Shown here piece by piece: positions 1-10,200 of a stretch of 64,000 nucleotides of DNA (position 1 is its first letter; each line of letters starts with the position of its first letter). The translations under genes and the position numbers were made by a program. The stretch is from Candidatus Poseidoniaceae archaeon. GTDB taxonomy: Archaea; Thermoplasmatota; Poseidoniia; Poseidoniales; Poseidoniaceae. The stretch covers positions 29,150 to 93,149 of the forward strand of contig CBFIJH010000003.1 in the NCBI GenBank assembly GCA_965662895.1, in the 5' to 3' direction. A model generated the notes under the pieces. It was not told the origin of the DNA and did no database searches. It was given only the letters and a program-made list of their open reading frames with translations.

Positions 1-794
1 TGTCCTGGGAAGATTTTGTCTGGAACGATCCAGATGGGGGAAGGATTGTCCTTCACGGAGTCTTCCCGACAACGGTTAACCCACAGGCATTACGTCCTCG
101 AATTGAATGGCACGCTCTCGCACTCCTGGAAGGACCCGAAATCGAAGATGTGTGGCAACTTGAAGAAGAGTCAGAAAAAGAATCTCCTGGAATAAATCTT
201 GCATCAGCTATACTGGGAGGTGGTCTTGACTCAGCCTTAATCGAAGATTTGACCCAACTCGATGAAATTCAGACTGGGCGATTCCCTGACCCTGAACCAC
301 GCCGCCTCCATCGAATCGCTCTTCGGCATGATCGACCAGTTTACTGCATCGAGCCAACTCTTGACGATGTTGATTGGGAAGATCAGCGAACTCGAGAAGC
401 AAAAGTATCAACCCACTGGAGAAAATTGCTTTCCATGGTCCGGATCGGCAAGAAGTGGAGGAAAGCGGTAAAAGCCAGGATTTTCGATGCCGTACCGCCG
501 CCAAAAAATATTCCAAAGGATATGGCGACTGCTTCGGTTCTCACTGCTGCATGGTGGGATTTGACAGAATCGAGGATCAACCCATCCCTTTCAAAATCGA
601 GGGATGAGCGCTTTGCAAAACGCCTGCGTGGTGCTCTTGTAAGAGAACGAGAGAAACATGGTGATGAGGCTACATTGCTCCTTCCAATGGTTCAGACTTG
701 GAGGACATCCATTCTTGAGATGCTCAATACGAAACCTGAACCAGAGGAGATTATTTCATCAACAGGGCCATCGGAACAACAGGAGGAGGAATGA
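1..794 (+). CDS. Hypothetical protein, 5' end at or just beyond the window edge
   Basis: The frame of ORF 150..794 is open back to position 3 (SWEDFVWNDPDGGRIVLHGVFP...). The window starts with 'TG', consistent with an ATG at position 0. The stop overlaps the next ATG (ATGA) behind a GGAGG SD. Confidence 0.7.
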   Translation, partial: SWEDFVWNDPDGGRIVLHGVFPTTVNPQALRPRIEWHALALLEGPEIEDVWQLEEESEKESPGINLASAILGGGLDSALIEDLTQLDEIQTGRFPDPEPRRLHRIALRHDRPVYCIEPTLDDVDWEDQRTREAKVSTHWRKLLSMVRIGKKWRKAVKARIFDAVPPPKNIPKDMATASVLTAAWWDLTESRINPSLSKSRDERFAKRLRGALVREREKHGDEATLLLPMVQTWRTSILEMLNTKPEPEEIISSTGPSEQQEEE

Positions 795-1327
795 TGAGCG
801 CGAACATTGATGTTACCGTGGAGAACCAACTTGTCCGCTTTGTTGCTCCCGAACCGATTGATGCAAACGCAGTTGTTGAACAACTCAGTGGCCAACGTGT
901 GGGAAAAATGGTCATCAAAGCGCTTCGTAGGCCGAGAGCCACGCTGGTCATCGATCCCGAGGGACGAATTACTGTTCACGGCACGCATCGTGTCGAAGCT
1001 GCTCGAGATGCGGCGAAAGAGCTTATGCTGCGTCTCGGGAAAGATGATTCAGGATTGAAAACGGAACTCGGACCGATTATTGCATCTTTCCACTTCAACA
1101 CACCCTTGAATGTCCAATCCATCGTTGGCCCACTTGGTGCAGGAGAAGGTCAATACGACGAACGACTCGATTGTGGTATCATAAAAGATGAACGACATGA
1201 TCTCATTCTCCACGTCTGGGCGAATGGTCGTTGTGTTGTTACGGAAGGTCGACACCCGAAAATGGTTGCAATGGCAGCAGTTTATTGGCAATCAAAGTTC
1301 AAAGAACTTGGAATCACGAGTTTTTGA
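791..1327 (+). CDS. Divergent TATA-binding-protein (TBP)-fold protein
   Basis: 178 aa with two direct repeats matching the TBP pattern: VENQLVRF...RRPRATLVIDPEGRITVHG...AARDAAKELMLRLG and GPIIASFHF...HDLILHVWANGRCVVTEG...KFKELG. The canonical EQFPG and LIFxSG phenylalanines are absent. Confidence 0.65.
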   Translation: MMSANIDVTVENQLVRFVAPEPIDANAVVEQLSGQRVGKMVIKALRRPRATLVIDPEGRITVHGTHRVEAARDAAKELMLRLGKDDSGLKTELGPIIASFHFNTPLNVQSIVGPLGAGEGQYDERLDCGIIKDERHDLILHVWANGRCVVTEGRHPKMVAMAAVYWQSKFKELGITSF

Positions 1328-1336
1328 GGGTTCGAA

Positions 1337-2230
1337 ATGGTCGATGCTCACAGACCTTGGAAAGGTCCTATTCTCGACAACCACTTTCATTTGAACAGAA
1401 ATGGGCGTTTTTTGGACGCAGCGAAGGATTTCAAGAATGTTGGAGGAACACACCTCGTTCTCGTCCACTGCCCAGATTTTTCCTCACCACCAACATCCTT
1501 GCATGAGCATCGAGAAACCTATGCGGATACGATTGCGATGGCGAACGAGGTTCGAAAAAAACACGACCTTCACGTACGTGTTGTCCTTGGACCGCATCCG
1601 GCAGCTTTCGCGCATCAGTTCATCAATTGGGTCGAAAAAGATGGTGAAAACGGAATTGAACGAGCTTGTGAAAACTATCGAAATAGCATTCAAGCAGCCC
1701 TTGAATTTGTCCAGGAAGGCCAAGCACACGCCATAGGTGAGGTTGGCCGGCCTCACTGGGAGGTCTCGGAAGAGGTTTGGAATCTCTCAAATCGATTGCT
1801 CGAAGAAACGATGGCGCTTGCAGCGAAAGAAGGAATTCCATTGCAACTTCATGTTGAAGGAGAGTTGGAATCAACGTATCGCGATTTGTCGGAAATGGCC
1901 TCAAGAGCAAATTTTCCCACAAATCGATTGATTCGCCATTACTCGCCTCCTCAAATCGATGAATCAATTACTCGAGGACTTACATCGAGCGTACTTGTTG
2001 GCAAAGGAGCGCTTGAACCTCTCCTTGCAAGTTATGAGCAAAATCAAACCGGGTTTATGCTTGAGACCGATTACATGGACGATCCACGTCGCCCTGGAGC
2101 GGTTCTCGGTCCAAAGACTGTGCCAAAACGAACGCAGCAACTCGTTCAAGCAGGTATGGAAGAAGAAGTGCTTTGGAAATGTCATGTTGATACGCCAAAC
2201 GCCTTGTACGGCGATGATGAAGAATGGTAA
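1337..2230 (+). CDS. TatD-related metal-dependent hydrolase (archaeal type)
   Basis: DNHFH, GEVGRPH, LHVE and ETDY motifs of the amidohydrolase/TatD fold. Confidence 0.85.
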   Translation: MVDAHRPWKGPILDNHFHLNRNGRFLDAAKDFKNVGGTHLVLVHCPDFSSPPTSLHEHRETYADTIAMANEVRKKHDLHVRVVLGPHPAAFAHQFINWVEKDGENGIERACENYRNSIQAALEFVQEGQAHAIGEVGRPHWEVSEEVWNLSNRLLEETMALAAKEGIPLQLHVEGELESTYRDLSEMASRANFPTNRLIRHYSPPQIDESITRGLTSSVLVGKGALEPLLASYEQNQTGFMLETDYMDDPRRPGAVLGPKTVPKRTQQLVQAGMEEEVLWKCHVDTPNALYGDDEEW

Positions 2231-2284
2231 TTTTTCTCAACCACTATCCATCACATTCATCATATCCTCCCTCTTCGTAGATTC

Positions 2285-3367
2285 ATGGCAGGTGCGAAAA
2301 GGACGCTGGCTACAGTTGTTGTCGTATTTCTTTCTCTCACGCTCCTCTCATTTTCGACGTCGGCTCAAGGAGGGGTTGGAAGCATCTCATTGGAATGCGG
2401 GGATGACCCTGAAATCAACGTTAAACCGGGCGAATATCAGGACGAAATCGTAGATTGTACCGTCACAAACGATGGAACGATTCTCGCTGAAAATATTGAA
2501 ATCACCGAAGAATGGGAAGGTGTTTACATCAACATGGTCATCTCTGATAACTCGTTTACACTTGAAGCAGGTGAATCTGCTGAATTTACAGTAACATTTT
2601 CTTGCGATGAGCGAACTGATGCTCAATATCAGTACGAATTTACGATTACGGCGACAGTTACTGCTTGGGGTCCACTTCCGGTCGAAAATACGCCACTCTC
2701 GCAAGTTGCAAATCATACCGGTGCTGCTACCATCCAAGAATACGGTCTTGTAACGCTGGATGTGCCCGATACCTCGTCACGAACGATGCAGACGAGCGAG
2801 GAGGTGTCCATCACCTTCCAAGTTGACAACGATGGTAATGCAGACGATACCATTGAAATTCGCATTACCAACGCAAACGAACTTGAGGAACTCGGATTTA
2901 TTCTGCAAAGCGGGGATTTCCTGCGAGCGAATGATGTCCAGTCTGGCGGTGTTTCAGATCAACTCGAGTTTATTGTTCGTGCTCCGAGTGAAGCGGAATC
3001 AGAGATTCGAAACCTCATTGTTCTTGAAGCGACCAGTTCACTTGACGGTTCCAAAGACGTTGTTGATTTCGACCTCATTGTAGAGGCAGAGCAACAAAAC
3101 GCTGGTCTTGGATCTGGACTTTCAGAAGTGAGCACGGATGACCTCGCACTCTATGGAGCCATTGGCGGTGGTGTTGTGTTAGTCTTTTTCCTTCTCATTA
3201 TCATTGGACGTGTTTCAAAACGTTCGTCAAAGAACAAGATTGCCGAGGAAAAACCTTCCGAACCACCGATTGAAATCGAGGATGAAGATGAATTGGATTT
3301 CGACCTTGATTTTGATGACGACGACTTCTTATCGAATGACCTTGATTCCATGTTGGATGATTTGTGA
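2285..3367 (+). CDS. Secreted, membrane-anchored acidic surface protein with Ig-like beta domains
   Basis: N-terminal signal peptide, two beta-rich repeats (VTNDG / VDNDGNADD), a C-terminal TM helix (IGGGVVLVFFLLIII) followed by basic residues, and an Asp-rich tail. Confidence 0.7.
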   Translation: MAGAKRTLATVVVVFLSLTLLSFSTSAQGGVGSISLECGDDPEINVKPGEYQDEIVDCTVTNDGTILAENIEITEEWEGVYINMVISDNSFTLEAGESAEFTVTFSCDERTDAQYQYEFTITATVTAWGPLPVENTPLSQVANHTGAATIQEYGLVTLDVPDTSSRTMQTSEEVSITFQVDNDGNADDTIEIRITNANELEELGFILQSGDFLRANDVQSGGVSDQLEFIVRAPSEAESEIRNLIVLEATSSLDGSKDVVDFDLIVEAEQQNAGLGSGLSEVSTDDLALYGAIGGGVVLVFFLLIIIGRVSKRSSKNKIAEEKPSEPPIEIEDEDELDFDLDFDDDDFLSNDLDSMLDDL

Positions 3368-3400
3368 CGCTGTCCGCTGATTTTGAAACATCTCAGAAGC

Positions 3401-3425
3401 CCCCTCTTTCCTGGAAAAGAAGGGG
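3401..3425. promoter_or_regulatory. Imperfect hairpin between the surface-protein gene and the fabI-PKS operon (possible terminator or regulatory element)
   Basis: CCCCTCTTTC-CTG-GAAAAGAAGGGG can pair with bulges; it lies in the intergenic region. Function is inferred. Confidence 0.3.
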
Positions 3426-3476
3426 AATACTCAAAGACGTGGTGTGCCCTGTAACACCTGCCAATCGGGGATGCGA

Positions 3477-4271
3477 ATGCTAGGTCTACGAGGAAAAACC
3501 GCTGTCGTGTTTGGTGTTGCAAGCGAAGATTCGATTGCATGGGCCATTTGTCAACAACTCGCAGAGGCGGGTGCAGACCTGTTTCTAGGCTATCAGAAAC
3601 GCTTCATGTCCCGAGTGTTTCAACTCAAGGATAAGTTGCCTGCAATCAAAGGATTTTATCCACTCGACGTTGCTGAAGATGAGACAACCCGAGAATTTTT
3701 TGAAGAATTCAAAAAGGACAATCCTGGTCGAGAAATCGATGTTCTTGTTCATGCCATTGGCTTTGCTCCACGAAGTTGCTTCGACCGACCAATTTTATTC
3801 GTTGAAGATGCGGACATCAACACCGCGATGACAATTTCAGCCAATTCTCTGCAGCGCTGTCTTAAATTTGCCCTGCCGTATTTGAGCGCAGGCTCTTCAA
3901 CAATCACCCTCACATATGCAGCTTCAACGCGTTACGTACCATCGTATGGAATTATGTCGATGGCAAAAGCAGCCTTGGAATGCTGGACTCGAGAACTCGC
4001 TTGCCACCTTGGACCACATGGACACCGAGTAAACAGCATTTCCTCAGGCCCGATTCGAACAATTGCTGCATCAGGCATCCCCGGTTTCGATCGTATTCTC
4101 GATCACGTTGAAGCCAATGCTCCTTTACGGCGAAATGTCAACCAATCTGATGTTGCAGGAACAACACTCTGGCTCGCTAGCCCCCTTTCAGCGGGCGTGA
4201 CAGGCCAATGCATCCATGTCGATGCAGGTTATTCAATCACCATGGTGCCACAGAGCATCATGGATGCATGA
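3477..4271 (+). CDS. fabI: Enoyl-[carrier protein] reductase, FabI family
   Basis: GVASEDSIAWAI Rossmann motif, VHAIGFAP, catalytic Y-x6-K (YGIMSMAK), SGPIRTIAASGI and GVTGQCIHVDAG. Start placed at ATG 3477 (3471 possible) rather than GTG 3444. Confidence 0.93.
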   Translation: MLGLRGKTAVVFGVASEDSIAWAICQQLAEAGADLFLGYQKRFMSRVFQLKDKLPAIKGFYPLDVAEDETTREFFEEFKKDNPGREIDVLVHAIGFAPRSCFDRPILFVEDADINTAMTISANSLQRCLKFALPYLSAGSSTITLTYAASTRYVPSYGIMSMAKAALECWTRELACHLGPHGHRVNSISSGPIRTIAASGIPGFDRILDHVEANAPLRRNVNQSDVAGTTLWLASPLSAGVTGQCIHVDAGYSITMVPQSIMDA

Positions 4272-4280
4272 GGTGTCGAC

Positions 4281-7200
4281 ATGTCGCTCACAACCGATGA
4301 CGGAAAACCATGCGATGGTCTCGAACAAGGTCCCTTTGAACCGATTGCGGTCATTGGCCTTGCAGCAATGATGCCCGATGCTGAAGATTTGCAATCGTTC
4401 TGGCAGAACATCATCGAATCGCATGTCAGCATCAAGGAAATTCGTGAGGGGCGTTGGCCTGGGCCTGTTGATCATTTCTGGATGGAAGGGCAACCAGGCG
4501 ATGTTGCACATGGTTACACATATTCCAAGATTGGTGCTTTTGTTGAAGGGTATGAGTTTGATTGGAGACGGTGGAGGCAACCTCCTGGAACGATTCCACA
4601 AATCGATCCTTGTCAGTTGTGGGCAGTGTCCGTCTCTGCTGCAGCTATCGAACAAGCAGGGTACGGCGAAGGGGAGAAAGAATTCCCTCGTGAACGAGCA
4701 GGCGTCGTTTTTGCAAACGCTCTCGGTGGCGAGAATCGAAACCTCTCAAACATCCGTGTTTGGTCAAACCACACCGCTGAGATAGCGAAGTCACATGGGA
4801 TGCCTCCATCGTCAAAAGATGAATTCATGGATTCCATTACTGAACATTCTCCCAAGGTTGATGAAGATACGATGCCCGGGGAACTGGCCAATGTTGTCGC
4901 TGGACGAGTTGCCAATTTGCTCGATCTACAAGGGCCGAATCATGCCATGGATGCAGCTTGTGCCTCATCGATGGCTGCAGTCTTGGATGCCTGCAGACTG
5001 CTTCAGACACGACAAGTGGATGTGATGCTTGCTGGAGCCACAGACCGAACAATGGATCCAGCCACATACGCGAAATTTAGTGCCATTGGAGCCCTCTCTC
5101 CAACCCATTCAACACCCTTTGACGCTCGTGCAAATGGCTTCGTTATGGGAGAAGGCGCTGGAGCCATGGTTCTCAAGCGTCTAAGCGATGCAATTGAGGA
5201 TGATGATACCATACACGCTGTAATTCGAGGTATCGGTGGGTCGAGTGACGGTCGTGGAAAAGGCATAACCGCTCCAAGTCAACGTGGCCAGATCCAGGCC
5301 ATTGCCCGTGCGTACAACCAAGCAGGTTATCCAGCATCCACCGTGGAGTTGGTCGAAGCACACGGAACATCGACAAAAGTTGGTGATGCTACAGAGCTTT
5401 CTACCCTTACGCGCCTATGGACCGATGCAGCATCTGGAGACAATGTTGCCGTTGGTTCCATCAAGTCCCAAATCGGTCATTTGAAGGCTGCAGCAGGCAT
5501 TGCCGGTATCATCAAATCGGTCATGGCTCTTCATCACAGAACCATCCCGCCTTCCGCAGGCTTTGAAACACCGAATCCAACAGTCGATTGGGAAAATATT
5601 CCTTTCTTTGTTCCCACCTCTCCTCTTGAATGGCCAAATCCTGAATCGCATCCACGGCGGGCCGGTGTCTCTGCCTTCGGATTTGGTGGAACGAATTTCC
5701 ATATCGCCTTAGAAGGATATGAGCCAGACTATCATCGAACAATGGCTGAAGAGTGGCAGCAACGCTGGAATGCTTATTCAAAATCATCACCGATTTCTGC
5801 TCCTTCAATCCTTGATGGTAAAGCCAAAGCGTCGCTAACGCACGATGAATTGAAAACCATCGAAGGCGGCGTTCTTCTTCTCTCAGGAGCATCCATCGGT
5901 GCACTCGTCACTCAACTTGAATCAACGTCATTTTCTGGAGCAAAGTTCGACGATGATCCTCGTGGTTTGCGTCTGTCAATGGCACTTCAATCAGCGAGTT
6001 CTTCCTTTGATCATCACCAATTGTGTCGTTTGGCCCTGATTGCAACCTCATGGGCTGAATTTGAAAAACGGAAAAAATTGGCACTCACGTCTTTGGCCGA
6101 CCCAGAAAAGTGGGGCTTCCTTCAGGCGCAAGGAATTCTCGTGAGCGATCAACCAGCATTACCCTCTGAAGCGAAAATTGCACACATGTATCCTGGTCAA
6201 GGCTCACAATATGTTGGTATGACACTTGATTTGTACCAACGATTTACTCCGGCCCAAGAAGTTTGGAAAGCCTCGGATTCAACCATGGTCGAGGTACTTG
6301 ATGGTGAAACACTTTCTTCATTCGTTTTGCGTGATGGGTTGAGCGATGATGAACGTAAAACTGCTGAACATAAACTCAAGCAAACTGAATACACACAACC
6401 TGCAATGCTGACAGCCGATTTAGCCATCGAGCATACGCTCAATGCATATGGGCATAACCCTGACATGGTTGCAGGGCATTCGCTCGGCGAATACGCTGCA
6501 CTGATGGTTTCAGGTATTCTCAACATGGATGGTGCACTGCGAGCGGCTGCGGCCCGTGGCACTGAAATGGGATCAGTTGAGATTGAAGACAAGGGACTGA
6601 TGGCGAGCGTTACAGCTCCGTACGAAGCCGTTGAGCGTATTCTTGAGGCAACGGATGGCTACGTCATTGCAGCCAACAAAAATTCTCCAAAAATGACGGT
6701 TATTGCCGGTGCAACAGAACCCGTACAAACTGCGATGAAAGCGTTTGAAAGTGAAGGATATAATTGCGTTCCACTCGCTACTAGCCACGCCTTCCATTCG
6801 AGTATCGTTGCTCCTGCAAATGAACCGCTCTACCGATTCCTTTCATCCCTGGAAATCAATTGGCCATCAATTCCAATCACTGCCAACGTTGATGGCACAT
6901 TCTATCCAAAGAATGGCTCCAATGCAACCGAGGGGATTCTGTCGAAATTAGCTCCCCAAATGGCATCTTCAGTCGAATGGACCTCCCAAATCAACACCAT
7001 GTATGATGCAGGTGCGAGAATTTTTGTTGAAGTTGGACCGAAGCGTGCGCTCACGATGTTTGCTTCGCAGATTCTTGAGGACAAGTCTCATCTTGCCATT
7101 ATGACCAATCATCCGAAACAAGGTGGAATCGCTTCTTTCCTCACTGCGATAGGAGCATTAGCACTTGCAGGGCGTCCACCGAAAATGATTCAAGGTACTT

Positions 7201-10200
7201 CGGAAGTGTTGAGCGAAGCGTTCAGGGCAGGGCCTATCGAAGCACATCAAGCATCCAGTTTACCGAAACGACCGAACCAAGAAGATCTGCGTGTTCGCGC
7301 TCGTCCATTACCAAACAAGGGCGGACAAAGCACTACATCTCCTGAGGCGCCAGTGGAAAATAACTCTGTTCAGAGCCACCCAACTGTTGCGGATTATGTC
7401 GGTGACCGAATTGCCCAGCATTGTGGATATCCTCCAATGTTCTGCCAAGGCATGGTCAACCTCCGGCTTGGTTTGGGATTGTCTGATAAATCCATCCAAA
7501 GCATTGTTTCTGGTATTGCTTCGGAAGCACAAACGGATGCAGAGGTTGACATTCATTCAGCAACGACAGCCGCTGACATTGAACGATGGGTTCGACAACC
7601 ACCTGCAGGTTGGATGCCACGGGTTCACCTTTCAAAATCATCAACTGCTCCAGCAGTTCAACAAGCGAATCACGACCCCATGGCGCAACGAAGAGCCGAT
7701 CCGTATGTCGTCACTGGAATCAGCCTCGGCCTTCCAGGAGGTGAGAGGGTTTTCGACAAGGATGTCTTTGAACGCCTGGTTCGAGGTGAGACTTGCATCG
7801 AGGAGGTTTCAGATGACTACAAGCAACGCCTCCTCGACAAGAACATCACTCGCCTCATCAAAGGACGAGACGGTTCTGTCAATATGGAACAAGCAACGGC
7901 ATTCGGAGATATTCCTCAACTTGCAGGAATAAAAGGAGCATTTGACCTTGCAGAAGAGTTTGGAATTGATCCGAAGATGGTTCTTGCCTGGGATATTACA
8001 ACCCAACTTGCCATGGCCTCTGGCCTTCTGGCACTTCGAGATGCAGGTATTCCGTTAACTCCAGAAGAACAAACAGGGAAAGGTGGTTTGCGAGTGATTC
8101 GAAACTGGCAAGTTCCGAGTGTTCATCGAGACCGCACAGGGATTGTTCTCGCATCGTGTTTCCCTGGATTGCAAATGGCCATGAAACATGCAAAATCAAA
8201 TGGCGATGATGGGGAAGATAAGTTCGATCGTCGCTATTTGTTCCAAGTTCTAACGATGGGACACTCACAGTTCGCACAATTTACGGGAATTCGGGGTCCA
8301 ACCACAACCATCAATCTCGCATGTGCATCTGCAACAGGTGCATTCCAAATCGCAGAGGATTGGCTTGCAGCCGACCGTGTGGATCGAGTTGTCATTCTTT
8401 CTGCTGATGATGTTACTGGTGACGATTTATGGGAATGGATTGGTAGTGGATTTGCTGCCACCGGTGCTGCATCAACCAACAACATTGTCGAAGAGGCAGC
8501 ACTACCATTCGACAAGCGACGCAATGGACTCGTACTCGGGATGGGTGCAGCGTCCTTTGTCGTTGAACGCAAGAGTTCAGCAGACGAGCGTGGCGTTCAA
8601 CCGATTGCAGAACTTTTGGGAGCAAAGACAGCAAATTCAGCATATCACGGAACTCGACTGGATGTTGAACACGTAGCCAGCACCGTTGATGAGTTTGTGG
8701 GAGAAATGGAACAACGGTGGGGACTCGACCGCCACAACATCGCCAAAGACCTGGTGTTTTATTCTCACGAAACATACACGCCTGCTCGTGGCGGAAGCGC
8801 ACAGAGCGAAGTGAAGGCATTACGGGAGACATTTGGCGATAGTACCGATTCAATGGTCATTGCCAATACGAAAGGATTCACCGGACATCCGATGGGTGTA
8901 GGAATCGAAGATGCAAGTATGTTCTATGGTCTCTTGACCAAACGCATACCTCCAATTGCAAATTATAAGGTACTCGATGAAGAACTCGGTGATCTCAATC
9001 TCTCGAAAGGGGGCGAGTATCCGAACCTTACCTACGGTTTGCGATTTGCCGCCGGTTTTGGTTCGCAAATTGGCCTCTCCTTTGTCCGAGCATGGCCGAT
9101 CGAAGGTGAACGAATCGATGGCAAGCGTCTCCTGGCATGGTGCCGAAATCTTGCTGGATCTCACGATATTCAACTCCGCCTCCTTGACAATAAATTGGTT
9201 GCGTATGTTGATGGTGATGACAATCTCCATGGAGGAATTCAAGGCGAGGCATATGCCATTACTGCACCGTTTGAGGGTCTCCAAACCGAGGTGACTGAGA
9301 AGAACCAGTCCGTGACTCAACCACCTGAAGTCGTACCAGAGGATGCAACACCGAAAGAAGTACCAGCAGCAACACCGTCAAGCGCTCCATTGAGCGGTGA
9401 TATGGTTGAAACCGTCATCGATGTGGTAGTCAAACATACCGGCTACCCTGCAGATTTCGTCGAATTGGATCAAGATTTGGAGGGTGAACTTGGAATTGAT
9501 ACGGTCAAGCAAGCAGAAATCATGGTTGATATTCGTCAACAATTCAATCTTCCATTGGATGAAAGTTTTGTTCTTTCTGAACACCCTACACTGAATCATA
9601 TGATCGGCTACATTCAGAGAATGCAAGGTGATGAAGCGGCTCCAGTTCCCTCACCATCTTCACCTTCCGTTGAACCTGAATCTTCTGCTGAAACATTTGA
9701 TGTTGAAGCATCGGAGGTTGAGACTCTTGACCACTCACTTCCAATATCTGATGAGAAAATGACCCAGCAGGTTATCGATGTCGTTGTCAAGCATACTGGC
9801 TATCCAGCCGATTTCATTGAACTCGATCAGGATTTGGAAGGTGAACTTGGTATTGATACTGTTAAACAAGCTGAAATTATGGTCGATATTCGGGAAAAGT
9901 TCAATCTACCCGTCGATGAGGACTTCTTGCTTTCAGAACACCCAACGCTCAATCATATGATTGGTTACATCGTTCGTATGAAAGGAGGTTTGTCCACAGT
10001 TTCTGTTCCGGACCCACAGCCGGTTTCAGAACCAACTCCGAAGCCAAAAGAAACCCCAGCTCAGCCCGTCGTGACCGATGTTGGTATCGAAGCATCATTG
10101 ATCGAAGTCGTTGTGAAACATACTGGCTACCCTGCAGATTTCATAGAAATGGATCAAGATTTGGAAGGTGAACTTGGAATTGACACAGTGAAACAAGCCG

